Position numbers and translations under genes: made by a program. From Chrysemys picta bellii (taxonomy: Eukaryota): DNA of 64,000 nt. Where the stretch lies: the NCBI RefSeq assembly GCF_011386835.1, contig NC_088801.1, forward strand, positions 52,266,001 to 52,330,000, written 5' to 3'. Numbering within the stretch: position 1 is the stretch's first letter; each line of letters starts with the position of its first letter. Shown here piece after piece: positions 25,483 through 37,600 of the stretch. A model generated the notes under the pieces. The model was not told the DNA's origin. It made no database searches and saw only the letters and a list, made by a program, of their open reading frames with translations.

Positions 25483-26635
25483 TGTGAATCCTGTAGGATT
25501 TTCCAGCATGGATTTTTCTCCCAATGCAAAACTCCTGTCACTTTGGGGTACGTACAATGATGATTCTCAGAGCACTCAAGACTGGGAGTCACCTTGTTAC
25601 CCCCTGCCTCCGGCGTGAGTGAGTCTTGCCTGCGCCTGACTGGGTGTCAGCTCCCTGACACCACCAGCCTCTCAGCCAATCAAGCTCTCTCCTCTGGGCT
25701 ATGCTAGTCCTGTCTTCACCTTGCAAGTTAACAATAGGTGCAACACAATCCCTTTGAATCATTCCCCCAGGATATCCAGCCCCTGACACTGGCTACTCAC
25801 AGAAATTCCACCCTAAAGATAAAGTTTTACTTGTAAGCCATGCTGCACTTGTAGGTTTAAACATAAGTAGGTTTATTTAAGAAATGGTAAAGACTTAACT
25901 ACAAATGAGAGAAAGCAATGAAAACAACTGGTTACAATACAAAACAAAATCATAAACCACCAACCTAGGTCTACACTTATTAATAGTTACTTTCCTATCC
26001 AGTAAAGTGGTTCTTTCCCAAAAGATCAGTCTGTTGCGGAACTGACTGGCTTCATAGGAACCAGGATTCAGTTCTTCATGAGAACACCTTGCTCCTCAAG
26101 ATGTCATTTCAGTGTAAGGATTTAGAGAACCCCTCTCTCCTTTGTGTTATATTGAAAAAGTCATAGACAGTGTGAATCTCTTGTCTTGTCATAATGTTCC
26201 TTTTTTTATTTTTATCTTCAAGAGGTTTTGATTGTTTCCAGTTGTCTCTGATGGTCTTCCATGGAAAGTCTTGGGACTGAGTAAGGTGAAACAACTGAGT
26301 CTTGCATTGCATCACTGGCTTAACAGGCGGGGTGACCATTCCTTGCTGACTGAATGGGCCATCATGGAGACATATTATCCCCGGTGATTAACTTTTACTC
26401 CAAGTCCATAAAGTGTACTTTCAATATAAATACATTATTCCTTAAATATTACCCATATAACACCTCACAATGATTATGAATTTTGACAAGTTATGAGCTT
26501 TCTGTAGATACCTAACATGCTATTTAGATAAATATCCATACGACGTGTTTGGGGCAGTGAGCTTGTCAGGTCTGAGAGCTGTTTGCAAAGAACAAGGAAC
26601 CGTTTGCCAAAAAACTTCTGTGGCATAATATCACA
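25483..26635 (-). mobile_element. LTR-like element (solo)
   Basis: TGTGA..TCACA ends; organisation similar to 56919-57591; boundaries approximate, no TSD seen. Confidence 0.45.
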
Positions 26636-28493
26636 CTATTCCCTTGGACCAATGGAACTGGTCTGCAGAGGCTCTGGTAATATATTAGATATATTGTGCA
26701 GTTCTGAGAAGGGTTTGAATTATTTTTCTGTTCCTAAAGAGGAAATATGCCCCATTTCAGAAAAGCTCAAAACATGGCAGAAAATAAAAGTGAGAACCAA
26801 CCTGGGGAAAATACAAGAGTATTTTAAAAGGAAGGATAGGAATATATGAAAGATCAACAAGTAAGTGATAGATTCTAGCAGTGATTATGTAACTGATTCC
26901 GTTGTCTTTTGAGTGCCTGGCAAAGTATCTCTTGAATTTTGGCTGATTCTGATGTCATTCACAACCATTCTCCCACTAGCTTAAGTGAGAACAGAATCAA
27001 GTTCAAAGTCTTTAATGGGGATCTTTTAATATGTGTTGTTTTTTTTAAAATCAGAATTATCCAGTTTGTAACTGACAATTTTTATGGTCTCATGACTCCA
27101 CCCACTGCTCCCAGATCATGAGCAAGTAGCCCTCTGAGATTACCAATGGCTTGGAGAAAGGAAAGAGTACTGAGGGGTAGCATTACAAGCCTCGTGTGTC
27201 TCATTTGTATCCGTGTCCTCTTAACTCTAGCTGCTTTCCCAAGTTACTCAAGGGGGAACATCCTCTTGAAACATTAGTCATGTGTCCTATCTACCCATAT
27301 CCTCAACAGATGCAACTGTTTAGGAGAATTTGTTGCTGAGGTCAGATGAATAGCTCTGGGTTTTGAACCTTTTATTTTATTAGCTGTGTTCTTTAAATAA
27401 AAAAAAAAGGAGTAGAGGTGACATAATGCAAATGGGTTTTACAGATCCTGAATAGACTCTTTTGAACTTAAACTGCTAATGATCCATTGCTGGAGATGGA
27501 AATGTGATGATTTTTTACTCTGCTTGGTGCATGGTAATCTAAACGGAATTAACAGCACATGTATTAGGGTTTGGGGTCTTTTCGGGGGTGGGGTATTTGT
27601 TACAAGAGGCAACTAGACCACTGACTGCTGTAGTAAACTGCATTTTTACCAGAAAGAAAGCAATTAGGCAAAAAGCCCCTGTCAAAGTTACTTTGTCACT
27701 AAAAAGAGGAACTGGGCTCCACACCCTGGCCCCAAGGGAAAAGTTTCCTTCACTGAGAGCTCTCCTTTGGAAGTTTGTCCTGACCCAGCATATCTAGCTG
27801 CATAGGTTTGCTTTTCACATGTGTCCAATTTTTTTTGCACTGAGAGATTTTCCAGTGCCCCGATATGGCCCCTTTCCCTCTCTTCACCCTTGATTTTTAC
27901 ATGACTTCTCTTCTGAAAGGCCTGTGCATCATCAATTTTCAATTGTGATAAAAAACAAAACATGCAAGCTCTGTCCAAGTGTGCCTCTCACCCAGAGGAA
28001 TTGTTTGTAATTTATAAGTGTAAACCTTATGGCCAGAAGCTGCAGAAGAGAAAGACCTGTCTATTGGTGAAAATTTATGCTACAGAGAGCTTCATTTGCA
28101 TAGGCTACCTACCCACAATTCTTCTAGTGGCATTGAGGAATCACCATAACTAGCATGGACTTGGATTTTGGGGTCAGTGAGCTCAAATGCTGTGAGATAG
28201 GGATAGAGTTATTACTTTGTGGCAAAGAGCTTATTCCAAGAACGCCGAGACTCTGCTCAAAGATCCTAACTGCTCTTGGCTCCCCTCCTATTGAGACTTT
28301 ACTGCAAGAGGCCATGCAGACTGAAGATGCCACTGTAAGAGATGGAATAGACTAAGGGCTTCACTGTAAGAGCCATTGCAGATGACAGTAGCTGAGCTGT
28401 GTGGACTCAGGTGAGGCCTTGCCTTCCCACCACCTTAACAAAACTGAATCACTGTCATTATTACAGGGCCAGCTGCCACTCCGACCTCTCCCT

Positions 28494-28749
28494 GGGTGTG
28501 TCTGTGGCATGCTGGCATACTCATACTCGCTTTAATCTAGCTAGAACAGCTAAAAATAGCAGTGAAGACATGGCAGCATGGGCCCATCCAGGACCATGGG
28601 TTCATACTTAGGTGTAAGACTGCACTGAAGCCCACAGCCCATGTGACTGCATCTTCATTGCTATTTATAGCCATTCTAGCTAGGTTAAGGCTACCATGAG
28701 TATTGCAACGTGTGCTGCAATCGCCTCTGATTGCAGTGTAGACATGCCC
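28494..28749. mobile_element. Harbinger-derived MITE
   Basis: Ends gggtgtgtct.. and ..gcagtgtagacatgccc match the Harbinger TIR core; internally self-complementary. Confidence 0.6.
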
Positions 28750-29101
28750 TCTGGGTGCACTATTACCCATGTCAGACATCATGCTTTTACCTTCCTTGGG
28801 GTGGAATCACACTACTTTTCCACACTTAGACCTGGTCCTAAGCTACAGTACCATGTGTATTGGCTGTGCTTACTCAGCAGGTCGGAGTGGATTCAGTAGC
28901 TGCGGACCATTCCTTCAAGAATCTGTAACCAGTGGATTACAGTGACCCAAAACAGTTTCCTAAAACAAAAGCATTGTTTAGCAGCAGGAACAAAGCATAA
29001 CATAAGAGAAGAGGATTTTTAAACAACAAAAGGTCTACACACATCTCTCTTACCTGCATTATCTTTTAAATCAACCTCTGTACCAGATGATTGGTGGATA
29101 T

Positions 29102-29335
29102 CTAATATAACGTCAGTTTTCTAAAAAGGCTCCAGCGGCGATCCTGGCAATTACAGGCTGGTAAGCCTAACTTCAGTATCAGGCAAACTGGTTGAAACTA
29201 TAATAAAGAGCAGAATTATCAGACACACAAATCAACACGATGTGTTGGGGAAGAGTCAATACGGCTTTGTAAAGGGAAATCATGCCACCTCAATCTATTA
29301 GAATTCTTTGACAGGTCAACAAACATGTGGACAAT
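29102..29335 (+). mobile_element. CR1 ORF2 internal fragment
   Basis: Translates to ..KGSSGDPGNYRLVSLTSVSGKLVETIIKSRIIRH..GKSQYGF..GKSC.LNLLEFF. Confidence 0.85.
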
Positions 29336-30184
29336 CACTAAGCTGGGTTAGGTGGTAGCGCCTCCTGGCATGACCATGCAAGCAGCTTCCTTAGGACTGC
29401 AGAGAAACCCACAAAGAGACACTTGGACTACTGATACTAGCTGATCCAAACTGTGAGAGGGGTTTGGTGGATGAGTGAGGTGGCTCAGCCAAGGGATTAT
29501 CACATTCTCACCCGAGGGTGGGGAGGGAATTAGACTGACTACTTCCAAATTCCTGAAGGGAGGAGTATATTTTACTTCTGATTTGCATATATATTCTGTG
29601 CTGACTGTGTTCCCTTTCCACTAGGAAGAATTTCCTTGTTTGTACACAGTCTGAGTGCTTGTGAATGAGGAAATTCTGCCTGTTAAGGGCAGCTAGGGAG
29701 AGTGCTTTTAGTTTCCCCAGGTTTCTGGGTGGGACACTGGGGCTCAAGTAAGTTTAGTTATTTGTCAAGAGGAACCTTAGATATATTGAACTCAGCCCTC
29801 TTTGCTGCCCTTAATCACCTGGCAGAAGGCTCACACAAGGAAAATTATTGCACAGACTGGAGAACACCGTTATTTTGTAACTAATGACAGCACTGGATTC
29901 AGAGATGAATCACAACAAATAGGAAGGCACTGAATGGATTTATAAAGATCTCCCATCCATGTGCTGAAACATGAAGGCTTTTTAAGTGCTAGGATTTCCC
30001 CTTGTATACAAATTACTGTAAATGGTGATTGAACTGAAACAATGCTAGCAGCTTCCAAGGTGCTGCCACTGAATTTGGAACCCTGTTGTAAGTTATAAGG
30101 TGATGGAATGTGAAAGCACAAGCTCTACAGATGTTTTGCTAAGTGGAAAATCTTCAGCATTTTTCAATAATAAGTAATAGCAAT

Positions 30185-30310
30185 ACTATCACTTAACACT
30201 TCTCATCTTCAGATCACTTTACAGAGTCACTAATGCTCACAACTCCTCAGTGAGGTAGGTAGATATTATCATGTCATAGATGGGAACTCTGAGTCACAGA
30301 GATTAGAGGA
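30185..30310 (+). mobile_element. MIR SINE fragment
   Basis: ctcacaactcc..gtgaggtaggtag.tattatc..atagatgggaactctgagtcacagaga. Confidence 0.6.
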
Positions 30311-30550
30311 GAAAAAAGGGAAATCCAGTTAAGTACATATGTGAGCACTGAATGCCCCCATATCTGGGTGAGGGTGCCAGTCAGAGAAATGACATCTACC
30401 CACATCAATGGGTGAGGAAAATGGATGGGGCTGGCTGTGAAAGGGGGACACTTGCCAAAGGACGATGGATAGCCCCAGTGATTTCTCTACACCCCCCCCG
30501 AATTTCCTAACATCCCACCCCCCCAGTTTTGTGAACTAGTTACATGCCAA

Positions 30551-31820
30551 ACCTGGTGGCTGAACTTTGTGACTTTGTCCTCACCCACAACTATTTCACA
30601 TTTGGGGACAATATATATCTTCAAGTCAGCGGCACTGCTATGGGTACCCGCATGGCACCACAGTATGCCAACATTTTTATGGCTGACATAGAAAAACGCT
30701 TCCTTAGCTCTCGTCTCCTAACGCCCCTACTCTACTTGCGCTACATTGATGACATCTTCATCATCTGGACCCATGGAAAAGAAGCCCTTGAGGAATTCCA
30801 CCATGATTTCAACAGTTTCCATCCCAACATCAACCTCAGCCTAGACCAAACCACACAAGCGATCCATTTCCTTGACACTACTGTGCTAATAAGCGATGGT
30901 CACATAAACACCACCCTATACTGGAAACCTACTGACCACTATAATTACCTACATGCCTCCAGCTTCCATCCAGGACACACCACACGATCCATTGTCTACA
31001 GCCAAGCTCTAAGATACAACCGCATTTGCTCCAATCCCTCAGACAGAGACAAACACCTACAAGATCTCTATCAAGCATTCTTAAAACTACAATACCCACC
31101 TGGGGAAGTGAAAAAACAGATTGACAGAACCAGAAGAGTACCCAGAAGTCACCTACTACAAGACAGGTCCAACACAGAAAATAACAGAACGCCACTAGTC
31201 GTTACCTTCAGCCTCCAACTAAAACCTCTCCAACGCATCATCAAAGATCTACAACCTATCCTGAAAGATGATCCCTCACTCTCACAGATCTTGGGATACA
31301 GACCTGTCCTCACTTACAGACAGCCCCCCAACCTGAAGCAAATACACACCAGCAACCACACACCACAGAACAAAAACACTAACCCAGGAACCTAGCCTTG
31401 CAACAAAGCCCGATGCCAACTCTGTCCACATATCGATTCAAGTGACACCATCATAGGACCTAATCACATCAGCCACACCATCAGGGGCTCGTTCACCTGC
31501 ACATCTACCAATGTGATATATGCCATCATGTGCCAGCAATGCCCCTCTGCCATGTACATTGGCCAAACCGGACAGTCTCTACGCAAAAGAATAAATGGAC
31601 ATAAATCTGACATCAGGAATCATAACATTCAAAAACCAGTAGGAGAACACTTCAGCCTCTCTGGCCATTCAGTAACAGATTTAAAGGTGGCAATTTTGCA
31701 ACAGAAACGCTTCAAAAACAGACTCCAACAAGAAACTGCTGAATTTGAATTAATATGCAAACTAGATACAATCAATTTAGGCTTAAATAGACTGGGAATG
31801 GCTGAGCCATTACACATTGA
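30551..31820 (+). pseudogene. Penelope RT-thumb-Zn linker-GIY-YIG endonuclease ORF
   Basis: GTAMGTRMAPQYANIFM, YLRYIDDIFIIW, IHFLD. One in-frame TAG at 31393-31395, then the same frame gives PCNKARCQLCPH..VIYAIMC..MYIGQT..RINGH. A small deletion near 31790 breaks the LNRDWEWL end seen in the 50719 copy. Confidence 0.92.
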
Positions 31821-32017
31821 ATCTATTTCCCCATGTTAAGTATCCTCACAAACTGTCTTAAATGGGCTATCTTGATTATCGCTACAAAAGTTTTTTTTTT
31901 CTCCTGCTGACAATAGCTCATCTTAATTAATTAGCCTCTTAGAGTTGGTTGGGCAACTCCCACCTTTTCATGTTCTCTGTATGTATATACATCTTCTTAC
32001 TATATGTTCCATTCTAT

Positions 32018-32057
32018 GCATCCGATGAAGTGGGTTGTAGCCCACGAAAGCTTATGC
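32018..32057 (+). ncRNA. Minimal type I hammerhead ribozyme motif
   Basis: GCAT-CCGATGA-A-GTGGG-ttgtag-CCCAC-GAAA-GC-TT-ATGC in the pLTR; predicted cleavage after 32053. Confidence 0.8.
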
Positions 32058-33369
32058 TCAAATAAATTTGTTAGTCTCTAAGGTGCCACAAGTACTCCTG
32101 TTCTTTTTGCGGATATAGACTAACACGGCTGCTACTCTGAAACATGCCAATTTAGTGACTGTTTGGAAATTTGAATTGAAATTGAAACATTAATACACAC
32201 TTTAAAAGCATATAGAGTGTATTATAAAATACGTGTATCAGAAAAAGTATAATAGATTTGAAAAGTATGAACATAGACTAGCTTCCTTATACAGCTGTTG
32301 TTTTTATGACAATGTCAGTGCATTCATTTCGGTGATGTTGGCCAACCTAATAATTTCAAATGATGATTTGTAATCAAAGTCTAAATGAGCTCTCCCTGAC
32401 AGCTAGTGATGAGCTGGGGCTGGGGAGAAAGGCTTCAGGACCAGATTGTATTTACATTCACATCTAATCTTCCTAGGTATCCAGCAAACAGAATTGTGTT
32501 GCCCAAGTGATAGATTTTGGCTGGGGTTGGGTTACAAATCACTTGAATGCGGGGTGGGGGGTAATGAAATGTTGTTGTTCTTATTGTATGAGTAAAGGCC
32601 AGTAGCACTGTACTTAGCCTGTGCTGATTGAGGGCATCAAGAGAGAGGGTGGGGACCTGTCCCTCTCCACTGTTTAAAGACAGAGCTGATTAGGCTCCAT
32701 AGCTAGTCTTTTGTTCTGTTAAGTGACGACTGCAGATGAAATCACTGATAATCGGGTCTAAGTGCTTAGTCGTGCTGTGGGGACAGTGTTTCTGTGGAAG
32801 AGACGGCCCAGACTGCACTAGCTGCGAGGTTCCCCCACTGAGAGCTCAGCTGAAATCACTGAGAGCTGGGTGGAACCTCAAGAGACCAACTCGCAGAGGT
32901 CACAGTGGCAGGTGGCAGCAGAAGGTGACTGCACAGGGCCATTGGCAACAGAGTGGGGAGTGAAGGGTGGCACAACGAACAGCAGTGGCCAGAGCGAACA
33001 GTGAGCAGCTGGAGGAAGGAGCAAGGTGCCTTCTTGCCCCCCACCTGGGAGGTGTACTCACATGAAAGCACCTCTGAACTCTGAGTCTCCACTGACCAAG
33101 GACAACACCGGTGAGTGGGGTGCGGTGGAGGGAAAAGTGAGGGGCGCGTTAAATAAACATTTGTTTGTTGGACTATATTTTAGTGACTTTGCTCCAGAAT
33201 GCTAGATTTGTGACTAGGAATGGAAACTTATATAAATGTTTCCTAGTAGGCCAAGATTTTTAAAATGCTTTATTTACCAAGGTTGTTATCTCACATCGTT
33301 GCTATCTTGAGAGGTCATTATGTTGTGGAGTTTCTGTACTAAACGTTTTTATTATTATAATTAATTTTT

Positions 33370-34692
33370 ACATAAGAATGGTCATACTGGGTCAGACCAA
33401 TGGTCCATATAGCCCAGTATCCTGTCTTCCGACAGTGGTCAAGGCCAGGTGCTTCAGAGGGATTGAACAGAACAGGTGATCATCAAGTGATCCATCCCGT
33501 TGCCCATTCCCAGCTTCTGGCAAACAGGCTAGGGACACTCAGAGCATGGTGTTGCATCCCTCCCCATCCTGGCTAATAGCCACTGATGGACCTATTCTCC
33601 AGGAATTTATCTAGTTCTTTTTTTAATCCTGTTCTAGTTTTGGTCTTCACAGCATCCCCTGGCAAAGAGTTCCACAGGTTGACTTTATGTTGTGTGAAGA
33701 AGTACTTCCTTTTGTTTTTTTAAAACCTGCTGCCTATTAATTTCATTGGGTGACTGCTAGTTTTGTGTTATGTGAAGGATTAAATAAAATTTCCTTATTC
33801 ACTTTCTTCACACCAGTCAAGATTTTATAGACCTCTATCATATCCCTCCTTAGTCGTCTCTTTTCTAAGCTGAAAATTCTCAGTCATTTTAGTATCAGAG
33901 GGGTAACCGTGTTAGTCTGCATCTGTAAAAAGCAACAGAGAGTCCTGTGGCACCTTTAAGACTAACAGATGTATTGGAGCATAAGCTTTCGTGGGTGAGT
34001 GCCCACTTTGTCGGATGCCATACCCCTAATCATTTTAGTTGCCCATCTCTGTAACTTTTCCATTTCCCATATATCTTTTTTTGGATTGGGTGACCAGATC
34101 TGCACACGGTATTAAAGGTGTAAATGTACCATGGATTTATATAGAGGCAATATGATATTTTCTGTCTTATTATCTGTCCCTTTCTTAATGATTCCCAACA
34201 TTCTGTTGGCTTTTTGACTGCCGCTGCACATTGAGTGAATGTTTTCAGAGAACTATCCACAATGACTCCAAGATCTCTTTCTTGAGTGTTAACAGCTAAT
34301 TCAGCCTCCTTCATTTTGTATGTATAGTTGAGATTGTTTTCCAATGTGCATTACTTTGCATTTATCAACATTGAATTTCATTTGCCATTTTGTTGCCCAG
34401 TCACCCAGTTTTGTGAGATCCCTTTTGTAACTCTTCTCAGTCCGCCTAGGACTTCCCTATCTTGAATAGTTTTGTATCATCTGCAAATTTTGCCACCTCA
34501 CTGTTTACCCATTTTTCCAGATCATTTATGAGTATGTTGAACAGTAATGGTCCCAATACCGACCCCTCAGAGATACCACTATTTATCTCTCTCCATTCTG
34601 AAAACTGATAATTTATTCCTACCCTTTGTTTCCTGTCTTTTAACCAGTTACTGATCCATGAGAGGACTTCCCTCTTATCCCATGATGGCTTA
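33370..34692 (-). mobile_element. CR1 LINE, 5'-truncated
   Basis: 3' end acataagaa (rc TTCTTATGT); ORF2 pieces SWISNWLKDRKQRVGIN..GSVLGPLLFNILINDL..KFADDTKLF and QERDLGVIVDSSLK..QCAAAVKK. Confidence 0.93.
33891..34018 (-). mobile_element. Penelope pLTR fragment nested in CR1, with decayed hammerhead (33979-34018)
   Basis: Nearly identical to the 6185 insertion; core reads CCGACAA (G8 to A, CpG-type change). Confidence 0.9.
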
Positions 34693-37600
34693 TTTTTCAA
34701 AAGTCAATTTAAATTAAATACATTTTTTTTAAATTATATTTTTTTAGAAATCTAGACCTGTTATGTGTTTTGGTGTAACTTGCATTATCCTTATGTTAAA
34801 CTTGCATTATTTTAACAAAACATTTACCTTATTCATATCTCTTTTATATATCTCATCGGCCCTGACACCCCCCCCTGTAAATTTGAACACCCCCTCCCCC
34901 CAATTTCAATTCCTGGGGAAACCACTGGATAGCCCCTCTCCCTGGGAGTCTCTGGCATCCATTGGCCAGCTGAGGGAGAGAGGTACTGATTGGCCAGCAT
35001 TCCCCAGCTCCCAGGATTTAACTCAGCAGCGCCCCTAACCACCCAAACTAGGAATGGGAACCCAGCCTGATGGATGCTGCAGGTCTTGCCGATTGCCTAT
35101 TTAGGGGGTCAGGAAGGATTTTTTTTTCTCCCGGGGCCAATTGGCAGAGGACCAGGGATCTTTTTGCCTTCATCACAACATCTGCAAGTTACGGTGGATT
35201 GAGTAGGGAACACGTTTAGTACCTAACTGAGGCATTGGGTTGGTGTTGTTTATTCATCGCAACTTGCAGCCGGTTTCCAGTGCAGTTAGGAGAGTGAAAT
35301 GAACAGTTCCAGGAGGAAAAGGAGTTGGATTTGGATGATGGGCTTTGGGCTCATGTGATAGGTGAGGCCTTGTGGTCTTTGGGGGCTGAGGTCTCCATCC
35401 TGCTGCACCCTCTGTGCCCCTTGTGGGGGGGGGCAGGTGAGGACTCAGAGAGAGATGAGTGTTGGGGGGCAGGCTGAGGAGAGTCTATCCTCCATTATGG
35501 CTTATATGGTAAACAGCCCTGTAACCCTGGTGCCAATTACGGGCTATATGGTAAGGAGCACTGTAATCTCTGCACTAAAACCAATTAAATGCCTGGTATA
35601 GGAGAGTATGGGTGATGGGTGCATAATGCCTCTCCCTTGTGTTAAAGTTTAATAAAATTTGCGGCCTGCCACTTAATTCTATGCATGTGTCTGTCCTCCT
35701 TTTGCCACTGTGTTCACATCAAATACCTTTGTAAAATGTCATGATTGACAGAACAATGTGACATCACACATGATAATTGTGATATCACAGAATGATGTAC
35801 ATTACTATTTTATAGCATCTGAAACGGGTGCTACGTTCTTCCCAGAGGTCAGACACAATCCCTGCCTAGGAAAACTTCAGTCTATGTTTTTTCATGTGGC
35901 AAAGTGAATGAGGATTATCAAACAGCAGGCGAGGATGGGGAAGGATGAGGGTTACAGCAGTAAAATCACATGAAGGCTCAACGTAGGGGTGTGCATGTCG
36001 TGGGACATGTAATGAATGACATTGACTTGTAAGCCTCAGAGAAGAGGTGAGTTTCCTGGAGGCTTGTGAAATAAGGACCGAGTAATGGCTGGGTGGTGTT
36101 GGGTATGTATATTGGAGTTGGGATCAGAGCCCATGGGCTTGCTCAGATCATGGTGTTACATATTGCTCTTAAACATGTCTGTGTCTCTCCATCAGCTCAC
36201 TGATCTTCAGCTTGGTGCGGCCCTTCTGAAAATTCCCAGCACTGCTTCCTCTAAATGCTTTGAGCATCCAGGATCCTTGGGATGGTCTGGGTAAAGTTGC
36301 ACTCTCTGGTACATTCCTCTGTAGCTGGGTTCTGAACCCCCTATCTAAGGGGCCCTGGCAGTTGGCAGAGCTATTTTAAAAAGGAAAATTCTGGGCTCCA
36401 GCCAGCAGTGGCCACCATGTGGGGTGCAGGCAGGAGGCCTGAGGATGGCTAAGCATTCCCTATCCCTGACTGAGCACTTAAGCTGGGGCCTGTGGCAGCC
36501 TGACACAGAGAAGAAGAGGCACAAGGGAAAGTGGCCAGGGAGGACAACAGCAATCAGTAACCCTTTCCTAACTCAGTGGGTCCTTCTCATACCTCACCCA
36601 GTTCTCCTCAACCCAGGGAATCCCCTGCTGGCCCCAAACACAGCAGCTCCTCCTGCTGTCCCAGCTCCTCACTCCAGGATGATGATCCCCTTTCTTCTTC
36701 CTCCCCCAACAGCCACTCTCCCTATTTCCAGGCCCTCCCACTGCTTCCCACTTACCTTTGGGATCTTTGGAAGAGAAGGGAAGTGTCTTCCTGCCTCCCG
36801 TTCCATCCCATTGTCTTCTGAGGGCAGCTGACTGACTCCCCACCTGCCACAGGGGGACCCCTTCCTCTCTCCCAATCCTTGGGGAGGGCAGATCTTCATG
36901 GGAAGGGCAGCTGTCTTCCTTTCCCCTACCACTACCGCATGGTCCAGCCCACAGACTGAGCTGGTGGGACTCTGGCCCTGCACTTTGTAGGCCATGCTAA
37001 GGAACCTTCCTTGTGCTGAGAAATCCCATCCAGTATGTATGGGACTCCCTAGCACAGGGTAACCCAGCCCCTCTCTGCCTGCAACCTCCCCAGGCACTGT
37101 GCCTCCCATCCTGCTGGATACCCAATCACTCTTCCTGACTAACAGCTCCCTGGGGACCTACCCAGTCTTCCTGCTTTCCTGTCTCTCTACCTCTCTGCCA
37201 TGCCATTAGCCTAGCTTCCTTCCCTGCCTTGCACCCACTCAGCCGCCACTCTACATACACTGCCAGATTCCCACCTCAGGACTGACTGAGTGGGAAAGAG
37301 TTGGGAGCACCGAAGGAATGGGGGAGAGGGCAGCAGAGACTTGTTGGAGGACAATGAGGGGATGTATTAGAAGGCAAATACCCTTGGGAACTTGAGCTGG
37401 GAAACTGAGACCACACTGAGGCTAGGCAGGGAGCACAGAAGGATTCACTGGGGGTTAAGGCCACCTATGGGGAGCTGTAGAGAGCGTCCTCTAGATGTTT
37501 ACCCAAACCACCTACTTTAATTCCCAGGTGACAGTCAAATGGAGAGAAACCTGGAGGTCACCAATGGGAAGAGAGAGAGAGAGGGAAAGGGGATAAACTA

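Larger units (their letters stand above)
30551..32141 (+). mobile_element. Penelope-like retroelement (Neptune-type), 5'-truncated
   Basis: 9-bp TSD acatgccaa at 30542-30550 and 32142-32150; RT plus GIY-YIG ORF followed by a pLTR with a hammerhead. Confidence 0.95.
30476..34927. mobile_element. hAT-like non-autonomous element hosting nested insertions
   Basis: Perfect 8-bp TSD gatagccc at 30468-30475 and 34928-34935; imperfect TIRs cagtgatttctc / rc cagtggtttccc (10/12). Confidence 0.8.
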
